This document shows, in pieces, positions 20,627-30,285 of a DNA stretch of 64,000 bases. The position numbers and the translations under genes are program-made. The DNA is taken from assembly GCA_963805505.1 (NCBI GenBank), contig CAWDUP010000004.1, positions 189,382 through 253,381 on the forward strand. Direction: 5' to 3'. The stretch's first letter is position 1. Each line of letters opens with the position of its first letter. Source of the stretch: an uncultured Actinomycetota bacterium. GTDB taxonomy: Bacteria > Actinomycetota > Actinomycetes > DATJPE01. The notes under the pieces are model-generated. The model did no database searches, was not told where the DNA came from, and saw only the letters and a list, made by a program, of their open reading frames with translations.

Positions 20627-20942
20627 GAAGGGGGTTCCTCTCGCCTTGCAACAGCCCGCCCAGAATTCGGGTGCGTGGGCCATCGAGCGCGGTGCCCCGC
20701 GAGGGCACAAGGAGTCGGCAACGACTCGCCTGGACTGACGACGTCGCGACGATCTGGCGTCTTCTAGCTGCCGATCGCCACGCCCAGTGCGGGTATGGAC
20801 GTCATCAACACTGACAAGCAATCCGGCCGGATGCCAACTTCAACGACGGTGGGATAGGTCACACACGGTCGACGACTACCCTGCGTGGGCAATCATGCAG
20901 TTACTTTCCGTGACATTTGAGGCGGTCTCCGGAGCGGGCGTC
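20627..20942 (-). promoter_or_regulatory. ~315-nt untranslated leader upstream of the Apf-like gene; candidate structured RNA such as a ydaO/c-di-AMP-type riboswitch
   Basis: There is no credible ORF and the region is the long 5-prime side of a cell-wall-hydrolase-like gene. Segments such as CGCGGGGCACC and GCCGAC loosely resemble conserved ydaO blocks. This is inference only. Confidence 0.25.
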
Positions 20943-22265
20943 TCACACCGACAGGTCCTCGAGCATCTCGGTGACAAGAGCCGCGATCGGCGAACGTTCG
21001 CTGCGCGTCAAGGTCACGTGCGCGAACAGCGGATGCCCTTTCAGCTTCTCCACCACGGCCACCACCCCGTCGTGTCGCCCCACTCGCAGGTTGTCGCGCT
21101 GCGCTACGTCATGGGTGAGGACGACACGCGAGCCCTGACCGATGCGGGACAAGACCGTGAGCAAGACGTTGCGCTCGAGGCTCTGCGCCTCGTCGACGAC
21201 GACGAAGGAGTCATGCAGTGACCGGCCACGGATGTGCGTGAGCGGCAGCACCTCGAGCATCCCGCGGTCGACCACCTCCTCGACGACCTCGGTCGTCATC
21301 AAGGCGGACAGGGTGTCAAAAACCGCCTGCCCCCAAGGGCTCATCTTCTCCGCCTCGGTGCCGGGCAGGTAGCCAAGCTCCTGACCACCCACCGCGTAGA
21401 CCGGCCTGAACACCACGACCTTGCGGTGCTCGCGCCGTTCCAGTACCGACTCGAGACCTGCGCACAGCGCCAGGGCAGACTTGCCCGTGCCGGCCCGTCC
21501 ACCAAGGGAGACGATGCCAACCTCGGGATCGAGCAACAGGTCCAGCGCGATTCGCTGCTCGGCGCTGCGCCCGTGCAGCCCGAAGGCCTCCACGTCTCCA
21601 CGCACCAGGCGAACGCGTTTGTCGGGAGTGACTCGGCCGAGTCCACTACCGCGCGCAGACAGCAAGACGAGCCCGGTGTGGCAGGGCAGTTCGCGCGCTT
21701 CCGGAAGGTCAAGGACATGTTGGTCGTAGAGCGCGTCGAGATCGCCGCTGTCGACCTCGAGCTCCGCCATGCCCGTCCAGCCAGACTCGACAGCCAGCTC
21801 GGCGAGGTATTCCTCGGCTTGCAGACCGACCGCGGACGCCTTGACCCGCATGGGCAGGTCCTTGCTGACCAGCGTGACGTCGTGTCCCTCAGCCTGCAGG
21901 TTGAGGGCCAGGGCGAGGATGCGAGAGTCGTTGTCGCCCAGGCGAAATCCCGTTGGGAGCAGCGACGGATCCGCGTGGTTCAGCTCGACGCGCAGCGTCC
22001 CGCCCGCATCGTTGAGGTTCAGCGGTGCATCCAACCGCCCATGTCTGACGCGCAGATCGTCCAAGAGCCGCAACGACTGTCTGGCGAAGTACCCGATCTC
22101 AGGGTGAGACCGTTTCGCCTCGAGCTCGGTGACGACGACGATCGGCAAGACCACGTCGTGCTCCTCGAAACGGAGCAAGGCATGGGGGTCCGACAGCAAG
22201 ACGCTCGTGTCGAGGACGTAGACGCGACGCTTGGCTGGTGAGCGTCGACGGGTGGATGCAGGCAC
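20943..22265 (-). CDS. phoH2: PhoH2: PIN-domain RNase fused to a PhoH-like ATPase
   Basis: N-terminal PIN ([16 protein letters not shown]...VVTELE) plus a PhoH core with Walker A GRAGTGKS and DEAQ. Confidence 0.9.
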   Translation of the reverse strand: MPASTRRRSPAKRRVYVLDTSVLLSDPHALLRFEEHDVVLPIVVVTELEAKRSHPEIGYFARQSLRLLDDLRVRHGRLDAPLNLNDAGGTLRVELNHADPSLLPTGFRLGDNDSRILALALNLQAEGHDVTLVSKDLPMRVKASAVGLQAEEYLAELAVESGWTGMAELEVDSGDLDALYDQHVLDLPEARELPCHTGLVLLSARGSGLGRVTPDKRVRLVRGDVEAFGLHGRSAEQRIALDLLLDPEVGIVSLGGRAGTGKSALALCAGLESVLERREHRKVVVFRPVYAVGGQELGYLPGTEAEKMSPWGQAVFDTLSALMTTEVVEEVVDRGMLEVLPLTHIRGRSLHDSFVVVDEAQSLERNVLLTVLSRIGQGSRVVLTHDVAQRDNLRVGRHDGVVAVVEKLKGHPLFAHVTLTRSERSPIAALVTEMLEDLSV

Positions 22266-22407
22266 GAGGCTGGCCTCCCGATGCGGTCCGGCGCCCTGCC
22301 GGCCGATTCATCGACGCTACGCGCGGACCAGGCCCGATCCGTGGACCTGCCGTGGACCAGCCGTTCGTGTCGGAGGCGGCCTCCGCATCGGCCCTGCGAG
22401 GACCGGC

Positions 22408-23169
22408 TCAGGTGCCGAAGCGACGTTGTCGAGCTGAGTAGGAGCGGACCGCCCGGAGGAAGTCGACCTTTCGAAACGACGGCCAGTAGGCCTCGCAGAA
22501 ATAGAACTCCGACCGCGCGCTCTGCCAGAGCAGGAAGCCACCGAGCCGCTGTTCGCCGCTGGTGCGAATGACCAAGTCAGGATCGGGCTGACCCCTGGTG
22601 TAGAGGTGGGCGGCGATGTGGTCCACGTCGAGCACTTGAGCCAGGTCGTCGAGAGACACGCCCTGCCCGGCCTGCTCCTGAAGCAGCGAACGTACGGCAT
22701 CCGCGATCTCCTGGCGCCCGCCGTAGCCAACCGCCACATTGACCATCAGACCGTCGACGTCGGCGGTGGCGGCCTCGGCCGCCTTCAGCGCGTTGGCCGT
22801 CGCGTCCGGCAGGAGATCGAGGGCCCCGACCGGATGGACGACCCACCGCCGAGCAGCGGCGAGCTGCTCAACGGTGTCCTCGATGACCTCGAGCAGAGGC
22901 GTGAGCTCCGCTGCTGGTCGGGACAGGTTGTCGGTGGACAACAGCCACACCGTGACGACTTCCACGCCGACGTCCTCGCACCAGCCCAGCAGGTCCTGGA
23001 CCTTCTCCCCGCCCGCCCGATGCCCGTGGGCCGTGGACTGCCCCACCTCCCGAGCCCAGCGCCGGTTCCCGTCCAAGATGACACCGACGTGGCGCGGGAT
23101 CCTGGACCGATCCAAGGACCGCAGCAGCCGTGACTCATAGGCCCCGTAGAGGAGTCCGATCGGCCCCAT
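22408..23169 (-). CDS. uppS: isoprenyl transferase (UPP synthase / Z-prenyl diphosphate synthase family)
   Basis: HVGVILDGNRRWA and the conserved C-terminal motifs RTSGEQRLGGFLLWQSARSEFYF. Confidence 0.9.
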   Translation of the reverse strand: MGPIGLLYGAYESRLLRSLDRSRIPRHVGVILDGNRRWAREVGQSTAHGHRAGGEKVQDLLGWCEDVGVEVVTVWLLSTDNLSRPAAELTPLLEVIEDTVEQLAAARRWVVHPVGALDLLPDATANALKAAEAATADVDGLMVNVAVGYGGRQEIADAVRSLLQEQAGQGVSLDDLAQVLDVDHIAAHLYTRGQPDPDLVIRTSGEQRLGGFLLWQSARSEFYFCEAYWPSFRKVDFLRAVRSYSARQRRFGT

Positions 23170-23241
23170 TCAGCCTCCTTCGACCCCCTCAGGGTAGCCG
23201 CGGAACGCACCTGAACCGGCGAGATCATATGTTACTGATCG

Positions 23242-23265
23242 GTAACCTACGGAGTCGTAGGTTAC
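23242..23265. promoter_or_regulatory. 24-bp palindrome GTAACCTACG-gagt-CGTAGGTTAC, nested with GTTAC-N6-GTAAC, in the uppS-hlyIII divergent region; candidate operator
   Basis: Seen directly. It has 10-bp perfect arms and ends 10 bp before the hlyIII start codon. Confidence 0.35.
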
Positions 23266-23274
23266 TGTTGAACC

Positions 23275-24024
23275 ATGAGCCCTCCGGACGTCGACGGTCC
23301 CGACGTCGACCGCGACATCGAGGACACGTTCGCGCGGACGCTGGACCGCACGGTCGGGGCAGCGGTGGCCCGTGCCGCACCGCATGTCCCAGAAGCGGTC
23401 AAGCCCAGACTGCGGGGTTGGTTGCATCTGGGGGCGGCCCCCGTCGCCCTCATCGGTGGCATCGCCCTCATGTTTCTGGCGCGCGGAACCGCTGAGTTCG
23501 TGGCCGTCTCGATCTATGCGCTGACCACGACCTTGCTGTTCACCGTTTCAGCGACCTATCACCGCGGCCGTTGGTCAGCGCGGACCCACGGCGTGCTGAA
23601 GCGCTTTGACCACGCCAACATCTTCTTGCTGATCGCCGGCACCTACACGCCGTTCACGGTCATCCTGCTCGAAGGAGGTCAGCGGGCCGCCCTGCTGTGG
23701 ATCGTGTGGACGACCGCGGCGCTCGGTGTCACCTTCCGCATCCTGTGGGTCGGTGCGCCGCGGTGGCTCTACGTCCCGGCCTACCTGGCGATGGGATGGA
23801 CCGCCGTGTTCTTCTTGCCGAACTTTGCCTCCCGCGGCGGAATCGCGGTGCTCGCGCTGCTCGTGGTCGGTGGACTCGCCTACACGGCTGGCGCTGTCGT
23901 CTACGCACTACGCCGACCCGACCCGTACCCCTCGTGGTTCGGCTTCCACGAGATCTTCCATGCGTGCACGCTGGTGGCCTACCTCGCGCAATACGCCGCT
24001 GTCGTCATCGTGCTGAGCCGCTGA
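23275..24024 (+). CDS. hemolysin III family (PAQR/YqfA) membrane protein
   Basis: 7-TM HlyIII pattern (WLHLGAA, HRGRWSARTHGVLKRFDHANIFLLIAGTYTPF, FHEIFHACTLVA). Confidence 0.9.
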   Translation: MSPPDVDGPDVDRDIEDTFARTLDRTVGAAVARAAPHVPEAVKPRLRGWLHLGAAPVALIGGIALMFLARGTAEFVAVSIYALTTTLLFTVSATYHRGRWSARTHGVLKRFDHANIFLLIAGTYTPFTVILLEGGQRAALLWIVWTTAALGVTFRILWVGAPRWLYVPAYLAMGWTAVFFLPNFASRGGIAVLALLVVGGLAYTAGAVVYALRRPDPYPSWFGFHEIFHACTLVAYLAQYAAVVIVLSR

Positions 24025-24030
24025 GACAGG

Positions 24031-24483
24031 TCAACCGCGAAGAACCACCACGGGGCAGTCGGCATGCCGCACGACCTGCTCCGAGGTCGAGCCCAACAGC
24101 AAGCCCGCGAAACCTCCTCGGCCGCGAGAGGACACCACCAACAGGTCCGCGCCGGCCGAAGCGCTGATCAGGGTCGACGCGGCGGCCCCGTGCACCACAT
24201 GCAGCACGACCTCGACCCCGTCGTCGGAGTCACCGTCCCGAGCGACGGCTTCGGCCAGCTCAGCTTCGACCGCGGCCTGGTAGTCGTCCACCGAAGCCAC
24301 CACGCCATGGGGGACGTCCGCCGGGCGCGGCGTCTTCGTCAGCGACCAAGCGCGTAGGACATGCAGCGGCCACCCGCGCAGCCTCGCCTCTTCCCTACCG
24401 AAGGCGAGAGCCCGATCGGCCGAGGGCGATCCGTCGTGGCCCACCAGCACTCCGCCGTCGATGACCACGTCGTCGTCACGCAT
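24031..24483 (-). CDS. universal stress protein (UspA family)
   Basis: VLVGHDGSPSADRALAF...LLVVSSRGRGGFAGLLLGSTSEQVVRHADCPVVVL. Confidence 0.8.
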   Translation of the reverse strand: MRDDDVVIDGGVLVGHDGSPSADRALAFGREEARLRGWPLHVLRAWSLTKTPRPADVPHGVVASVDDYQAAVEAELAEAVARDGDSDDGVEVVLHVVHGAAASTLISASAGADLLVVSSRGRGGFAGLLLGSTSEQVVRHADCPVVVLRG

Positions 24484-24546
24484 GTCCTTGCCCCTGGAGT
24501 CCCTGCCCATGCAGCCATTCAACTCGACGGGAGTCGGAACGGACAG

Positions 24547-25080
24547 CTAGGTGGTAGGTCCCTCTGCGCGGACCTTGGCCACACCTTCCATTGCTGAGCG
24601 CAGGTCCGCCAACCAGGTCTCCGCATTTGAACCGACCAGGCGGACGCACCACGCCAGAGCGTCGGCCCTCGAGCGCGCGACGCCGGCCTCGACCAGAGTG
24701 TCGAGGACCAAACGGTCCGCCTGCCTGAGTCGCGTCATGGCTGGCACGGCCAGCGTCGTGAACATCTCCCGGGTTCCGTCGATGTCGACTCCCCAGCTGA
24801 CTTTGCGACCCAGTCGATGTTCGATCTCGCGAGCGATCTCGATGCGCTGATCGCGGGTGCTCTCACGAAACTGCTTGATGGCACCGGAGATCGCTGCAGC
24901 TCGCGCCACATCGGAGGCATCGTCCGGAAGAGCGGGAGTCGCCCGCTTTCCCACGATCGTGATCTCGTCACGGTCGATGGTGAGGTCGAGGGAGCCGGAG
25001 AACCACTCAGCGGGGAGTCGGCCGGACAGCCAACCCCGCACCTGGTCCACGGTGTGGTCGGGGGCAGATTGATTTGTCAT
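24547..25080 (-). CDS. conserved hypothetical protein
   Basis: ORF of about 177 aa with coding-like composition and no recognisable domain. Confidence 0.45.
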   Translation of the reverse strand: MTNQSAPDHTVDQVRGWLSGRLPAEWFSGSLDLTIDRDEITIVGKRATPALPDDASDVARAAAISGAIKQFRESTRDQRIEIAREIEHRLGRKVSWGVDIDGTREMFTTLAVPAMTRLRQADRLVLDTLVEAGVARSRADALAWCVRLVGSNAETWLADLRSAMEGVAKVRAEGPTT

Positions 25081-25113
25081 GTAATGATGATTACACAATT
25101 ACTTAGCAAGTCG

Positions 25114-27126
25114 CTACTCGAGCAACATCTTCAGTTCCTCTGGAGCGGTGACGGGCCGATGGCAGACGAAGTTGCGGCAGACGTACGCCGTGGCGGCCTC
25201 GCCGATCAGCGGCCGGCCGGTCAGCAGAGGCACCGACGACGTGACCGACGGATCGCCGACGGCCAGCACCGCTCCCGGCGCACCGGTCTGCAGCGCGGTG
25301 AGCCTGAGCGCCTCGGTGTCGGCCCGGCCGCTCGGACCCACGATGGCGATCTCGCGCGGACCATCCAGCAGAGCCTCGGCCACCGCGAGTCCCCAACCGG
25401 CAAATCTGGGATACGCCACGCCGATCCGGCCGGAGACGGCCACGGCGTCGCTGGCCGCGGCTCGATGGGTGCTCGACCCGGTCAATGCCGCATAGCTGAG
25501 CAGTGCTCCAGCTGCGGCCGCCGTGCCCGAAGGCGTCGCGTTGTCCGTCGGATCTCTTGGCCGGCGCACCAGCTGCTCTTCGTCGACTGCCGTGTCGAAG
25601 AAGCTCCCGTCGCCGGCAGCGAATCGTTCCATGACGACGTCCAGGAGTCCGCCTGCGCGATCCAGCCACCCCTCGACGCCAGTGGTCGAGTAGAGGCTCA
25701 GAAAGCCTTCTGCCACATCGGCATAGTCCTCCAACACTCCGGCATGTCGGCCGGCCACGCCATCCTTTGACACTCGAAGGAGCCGCTGCTCAGTGCCGGC
25801 TCTCTCAAGGTGCACTGAAACGAGCAACTCGGCAGCCTCGACCGCCGCCTGCGTCCACAGCGGTCGCTGCAACAGCGCCCCGGCCTCCGCCAGAGCGGCG
25901 ATGACCAGTCCATTCCAGGCGGCAACGACTTTGTCGTCCCGGCCGGGTTGAGCCCGACCGTCGCGAGCCGCCAGCAGCCGAGCACGAACCTCCCGCCAGC
26001 GCCGCCAGTCCTCGGGGTCTGCCAGCAGCTGCAAGGTCGAGGCGCCATGCTCGAAGGTCCCCCCGTCAGTCACCGCGAACAGACCCGCTGCCCACGTTCC
26101 GTCGGACTCCCCGAGGACGTCGATTAGCTCGGCTGGGGTCCAGACGTAGGTCAGGCCCTCGACGCCGTCGGTGTCGGCGTCCAAGGCCGAGGCGAATCCG
26201 CCCTGCTCGGTCCGCAGCTCGCGAAGCAGGAACTCAGCGGTCTCCTCCACCACCCGGCGAGCGAGGGGATCGTCGGAGATTCGCCACCAGTGCAGATAGG
26301 TCCGCAACAACAAAGCGTTGTCGTACAACATCTTCTCGAAGTGTGGCACGACCCACGCGTCGTCAACGGAGTACCGCGCGAAGCCCCCGGCCAACTGGTC
26401 GTAGATCCCGCCGCGGGCCATCGCGTCGAAGGTCTTGGCGGCCATGGTCAGAGCCTGCTCGTCCCCCGTGCGCGCGTGATGACGCAGGAGCCACTCAAGA
26501 ACCATCGACGGCGGAAACTTGGGTGCTCCACCGAAGCCCCCTCGCCGAGGGTCGTAGGTGGGGACGAGGGCGTCCAGGGCGGCGGCCATACCGGCCGCAT
26601 CCGGCGGCGGGGAACCATCGTGGACGACAACGCGATCGGCCAACGCCCGGCTGATCCGAGCGGCCGCTTGTTCGGCGTCAGGTTTTCGTTCTGCCCAGGT
26701 CGAGGCAATCGCCTGGAGAAGTTGCGGGAAGGACGGCATGCCATGACGCGGCTTCGGAGGGAAGTACGTCCCTGCATAGAAGGCTTCCCCGCTCGGTGTC
26801 AGGAACGTCGTCATGGGCCACCCACCCTGACCGGTCAGTGCCTGGACGTACTCCATGTAGACGGCATCGACATCCGGTCGCTCCTCGCGATCGACCTTGA
26901 CGTTGATGAAGTGCCTGTTCATCAGCTCGGCCGTAGCCGGATCCTCGAAGGACTCGTGTGCCATCACGTGGCACCAGTGGCACGCGGCGTAGCCGATCGA
27001 GAGCAAGACCGGCCGGTCGAGCCGCTCCGCCTCGCGGAAGGCTTCTTGCCCCCACGGCCACCATTCGACCGGGTTGTCCTTGTGCTGCAACAGGTAAGGA
27101 CTGGTCTCGCCAGCGAGCCGGTTCAT
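25114..27126 (-). CDS. thioredoxin-domain protein of the YyaL/DUF255 family (N-terminal thioredoxin-like domain plus a six-hairpin glycosidase-like domain)
   Basis: About 670 aa with [22 protein letters not shown]...[16 protein letters not shown] typical of this family. Confidence 0.85.
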   Translation of the reverse strand: MNRLAGETSPYLLQHKDNPVEWWPWGQEAFREAERLDRPVLLSIGYAACHWCHVMAHESFEDPATAELMNRHFINVKVDREERPDVDAVYMEYVQALTGQGGWPMTTFLTPSGEAFYAGTYFPPKPRHGMPSFPQLLQAIASTWAERKPDAEQAAARISRALADRVVVHDGSPPPDAAGMAAALDALVPTYDPRRGGFGGAPKFPPSMVLEWLLRHHARTGDEQALTMAAKTFDAMARGGIYDQLAGGFARYSVDDAWVVPHFEKMLYDNALLLRTYLHWWRISDDPLARRVVEETAEFLLRELRTEQGGFASALDADTDGVEGLTYVWTPAELIDVLGESDGTWAAGLFAVTDGGTFEHGASTLQLLADPEDWRRWREVRARLLAARDGRAQPGRDDKVVAAWNGLVIAALAEAGALLQRPLWTQAAVEAAELLVSVHLERAGTEQRLLRVSKDGVAGRHAGVLEDYADVAEGFLSLYSTTGVEGWLDRAGGLLDVVMERFAAGDGSFFDTAVDEEQLVRRPRDPTDNATPSGTAAAAGALLSYAALTGSSTHRAAASDAVAVSGRIGVAYPRFAGWGLAVAEALLDGPREIAIVGPSGRADTEALRLTALQTGAPGAVLAVGDPSVTSSVPLLTGRPLIGEAATAYVCRNFVCHRPVTAPEELKMLLE

Positions 27127-27175
27127 CCAGCGACCCTGCCACATCCGGCGACGTTGACGGCGCCCGCGCCTGGCC

Positions 27176-27520
27176 TCAAACGGATCGAAGCACCTTGCTC
27201 ATCGGCCGTCCTTTCGCGAGCTCGTCCACGAGCTTGTCCAGGTAGCGGATCTTCTGCATCAAGGGATCATCGACCTCCTCGACCCGCACCCCGCAGACAA
27301 CACCGGAGATCAGCCCGGCGTTCTCGTTGAGCTGAGCCTGGGCAAAGAAGTTCTCGAACGTCGTCCCAGCCTCGAGGTGGTGATGGAGCTCCGCGTCGTC
27401 GAAGCCGGTCAGCCACTCGATGACCTCGTCGAGCTCGGCCTTCGAGCGCCCCTTCCGCTCCACCTTGGCCAGGTAGTGCGGGTAGACCGACGCGACGCTC
27501 ACGGCAAAGATCCGGCTCAC
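27176..27520 (-). CDS. DUF2200 domain-containing protein
   Basis: [40 protein letters not shown] matches the DUF2200 N-terminal signature. Confidence 0.7.
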   Translation of the reverse strand: MSRIFAVSVASVYPHYLAKVERKGRSKAELDEVIEWLTGFDDAELHHHLEAGTTFENFFAQAQLNENAGLISGVVCGVRVEEVDDPLMQKIRYLDKLVDELAKGRPMSKVLRSV

Positions 27521-27539
27521 CCGTCCAAGCGTAGCGATC

Positions 27540-28043
27540 GTGACCTGGGATGCTGGCGGCGTGGGATACGCCGAGGCCGTCGCTCGCCTGGGCCACCAAC
27601 GTTGGTTTGCCAGTCTCGGTCGGGCCGTTGTCCCGCTCGACCGTGCCGTTTACCGAGCCACCCAGGGTCGCTGGACCCTGATCGGCCGCGGCGTCGTCCC
27701 TCAGCTCATCCTCACCACGACTGGGCGGCGCTCCGGGCAGCCGCGGCCTGTCCCCTTGCTGTACGCCCGGGACGGCGAAGCCTTCGTCGTGGTCGCCTCC
27801 AACTGGGGCCAGCGGGAGCATCCCGCCTGGTCGGCCAACTTGATCAGCAACCCACTCGCCAGCATCACCCTGGACCACGACCCGATCCCGGTGCGGGCGA
27901 CATTGGCCGAGGGAGAGGAACGGGAGCGACTTTGGCCGCTCCTGACCTCGGTCTGGCCGGCCTACGACACCTATGCCGCAAGATCCGGCAGGGATCTTCG
28001 CGTCTTCCGGCTACGACCAGTTCCAAGGCCGACCGCTGAGTGA
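27540..28043 (+). CDS. deazaflavin (F420)-dependent nitroreductase family protein (Ddn-like)
   Basis: Ddn-like motifs ([46 protein letters not shown]). GTG start. Confidence 0.8.
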   Translation: MTWDAGGVGYAEAVARLGHQRWFASLGRAVVPLDRAVYRATQGRWTLIGRGVVPQLILTTTGRRSGQPRPVPLLYARDGEAFVVVASNWGQREHPAWSANLISNPLASITLDHDPIPVRATLAEGEERERLWPLLTSVWPAYDTYAARSGRDLRVFRLRPVPRPTAE

Positions 28044-28047
28044 TCAC

Positions 28048-28100
28048 TGACCTTGCGTCCGACCAAGTGCGCCGTATAGGCCACCATCGGTCGGACGCAA
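28048..28100. repeat. copy C of the palindromic repeat (perfect 12-bp arms ttgcgtccgacc / ggtcggacgcaa, 24-nt spacer)
   Basis: Seen directly, between the nitroreductase stop and the arfB start. Confidence 0.5.
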
Positions 28101-28121
28101 CGGATCCGGCATGCTTTTCCC

Positions 28122-28550
28122 GTGCCGGGTCCGTTGCGCGTCCGTTCGGCGGTGATTCCCGAAGGCGAGCTGTCATGGCGCTTCTCGAGATCCTCGGGAC
28201 CGGGTGGGCAAAGCGTGAACACCACGGACTCGCGGGTTGAGCTCTCCTACGATCTGGCGGCGTCCTCGGCATTCGGCCCCTCACTCAAGGGTCGGGCTCT
28301 GGAGCGCTTGGCTGGTCGCCTTGTCGACGGCACGATCACCGTGACGGCATCCGAGCACCGCAGCCAGTTGCAGAACCGGGAGGCCGCCGAGCGCCGACTG
28401 GTCTCCCTGCTGCTCGAAGCCACGGCTCCGCCTCCCCGTCGCCGCCGTCCCACCAAGCCCTCCAAGGCGTCGACCGAGCGCCGGATCGCGAGCAAGAAGA
28501 AGCGCGGAGAGACCAAACGCCTTCGACGCAGCACCACCGACGGTCAGTAA
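28122..28550 (+). CDS. arfB: alternative ribosome-rescue factor ArfB (peptidyl-tRNA hydrolase, GGQ)
   Basis: GPGGQSVNTTDSRVEL GGQ motif and a basic C-terminal tail (KKKRGETKRLRR). GTG start. Confidence 0.85.
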   Translation: MPGPLRVRSAVIPEGELSWRFSRSSGPGGQSVNTTDSRVELSYDLAASSAFGPSLKGRALERLAGRLVDGTITVTASEHRSQLQNREAAERRLVSLLLEATAPPPRRRRPTKPSKASTERRIASKKKRGETKRLRRSTTDGQ

Positions 28551-28559
28551 CCGACCAAC

Positions 28560-28814
28560 TCAGTGGTCGGGGGTATCTGGCTCGGGTGGAGCGCCCGCGG
28601 ATCGGTCGAGACGGTCGATCGGCTCCTCGACAAAGTCGATCTTCTTGATCTGGCGGTTCATCGAACGGAACAAGAGGAACGCGGCTATCGCCAGCACGAT
28701 GAACACGCCGAAGCCGAGCCAGCCGGGCCGCACCGTGTCGTCGGTCAGCGGTTTCGGCGAAGCCTGTGCCAGGAACGTCAACCAGCGCTCGGCGAGCACG
28801 GCGGAGCCCGTCAT
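28560..28814 (-). CDS. small membrane protein (1 TM)
   Basis: 84-aa ORF with a TM segment ([19 protein letters not shown]), immediately downstream of mca. A small membrane ORF sits in this position in other actinobacteria. Confidence 0.45.
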   Translation of the reverse strand: MTGSAVLAERWLTFLAQASPKPLTDDTVRPGWLGFGVFIVLAIAAFLLFRSMNRQIKKIDFVEEPIDRLDRSAGAPPEPDTPDH

Positions 28815-29737
28815 GCGCTCTGCGTCCGCTCATCGTTGCCCAGCGACGGGAAATCTCCGTCAGCGCGCAGCCCGGCGAACAGATCGTCCTCGGGCAGCGA
28901 GGTCTCGACCAACGAGCGGACCAGCTGGTAGTCCTCCGTAGGCCAAGCCTTGGCCTGCAGCGCCAGCGGGATGGCGAACCAGCGGCCTTCGGGATCGACC
29001 TGGGTCGCGTGAGCCCGCAGGGCGGCATCACGGACCGCGAAGAACTCCGCGCACTCCACCCGAGTGGTCAATCGTTCCTGGTCCTCTGGCTTGTCCTCCC
29101 AGGCCGCGAGCCACTCGGCGAACGGCGGCTCGAGCCCGGCCGCCACCGCGGCCGCGTCCAGAGCTTCGATGCGCGGCTTGTGAAACCCGAGCTGGTAGTA
29201 GAGCTTGAGCGGTTGCCAGGGCTCGCCCGCATCCGCGAATCGCTCGGGATCTGCGGCAGCCTCGAACGCAGCGACCGAAACCTCGTGGGTACGGACGTGG
29301 TCGGGATGCGGGTACCCACCGTTCTCGTCGTACGTGGTCACGACGTGCGGCCGGAATTCGCGGATCACCCTGACCAGAGCCTCGGTGGACTCCTCGAGAG
29401 GAACCAGCGCAAAGCACCCATCCGGCAACGGCGGCAGCGGGTCGCCCTCGGGGAACCCGGAGTCCACGAAACCGAGCCACGTGTGCCGCACACCGAGAAT
29501 GTCGCGCGCCTGCTCCATCTCCCGACGGCGGGCGGCCGAGATGTCAGCCAAGATCTCCGGATCGTCCGCGAGCGCGGGATTGAGGATGTCCCCACGCTCA
29601 CCACCAGTGCAGCTGACCACCATCACGTCGACACCTTCACGGGCATAGCGAGCCGTGGATGCGGCCCCCTTGCTCGACTCGTCGTCGGGATGGGCGTGTA
29701 CGGCGAGCAACCGCAGCTGCTGAGCTGTCTCATACGT
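28811..29737 (-). CDS. mca: mycothiol S-conjugate amidase Mca (PIG-L/MshB family)
   Basis: [19 protein letters not shown]...[12 protein letters not shown]...[26 protein letters not shown]...[14 protein letters not shown] closely matches Mca. The gene is divergent from the DUF4307 gene and greA, as in other actinobacteria. GTG start at 29737. Confidence 0.85.
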   Translation of the reverse strand, partial: TYETAQQLRLLAVHAHPDDESSKGAASTARYAREGVDVMVVSCTGGERGDILNPALADDPEILADISAARRREMEQARDILGVRHTWLGFVDSGFPEGDPLPPLPDGCFALVPLEESTEALVRVIREFRPHVVTTYDENGGYPHPDHVRTHEVSVAAFEAAADPERFADAGEPWQPLKLYYQLGFHKPRIEALDAAAVAAGLEPPFAEWLAAWEDKPEDQERLTTRVECAEFFAVRDAALRAHATQVDPEGRWFAIPLALQAKAWPTEDYQLVRSLVETSLPEDDLFAGLRADGDFPSLGNDERTQSA

Positions 29738-29783
29738 CACCCACCTATCCTCCCAGACCGGAAACTGCTCCCGCCCTCGCCGG

Positions 29784-30221
29784 GTGTGCCGTCCGCGGAG
29801 GGAACGGGACAATGGACCCGTGACCGACCTCGAGGCGCGATACGGCCGAAGCTCGCCGCGTTCTCCGGCCCGCGTCCGCGCTTTGGCTATCAGCGGAATC
29901 GGGCTGCTGGTCGTGGCCGTTCTCGCATTCGGGTGGTGGTGGTGGAGCGACCAAGATCGTTTTGGAGGGCAAATCCACTCCTACTCCGTCGAGTCCGACT
30001 CGTTGGTCACGGCGACGGTCGAAGTGACCAATCACGGGGGCGCTGGGGTCCGCTGCGAGATCCTGGCCAAGGACCGTTACACGCAGCCGGTAGGCACGAC
30101 CATCATCGAGATTCCGCAGGGAGTCGGAACCACGCTGGTGGAAACGACGCTGACGACCGTCGGTCGGGCTGTCGTGGTCACGGTCAATTCCTGCGCGGCC
30201 ATCGAATCGGCTCAACCCTGA
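29784..30221 (+). CDS. DUF4307-like membrane-anchored protein
   Basis: TM segment [20 protein letters not shown] followed by a beta-rich domain; sits between mca and greA. The start is uncertain (possibly GTG 29820). Confidence 0.6.
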   Translation: MCRPRRERDNGPVTDLEARYGRSSPRSPARVRALAISGIGLLVVAVLAFGWWWWSDQDRFGGQIHSYSVESDSLVTATVEVTNHGGAGVRCEILAKDRYTQPVGTTIIEIPQGVGTTLVETTLTTVGRAVVVTVNSCAAIESAQP

Positions 30222-30285
30222 ACGGCCGCGTAGGCTGAAGGACTGAGCTCGACCCACCATCACCGTCTTCAGGAGGAGTTTTTCT

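Noticed and set aside
23242-23265. IdeR/DtxR iron box at the uppS-hlyIII palindrome
   Set aside because: The half-sites TAACCTA/TAGGTTA are present but in everted order relative to the TTAGGTTAGGCTAACCTAA consensus, so it is probably not an iron box.
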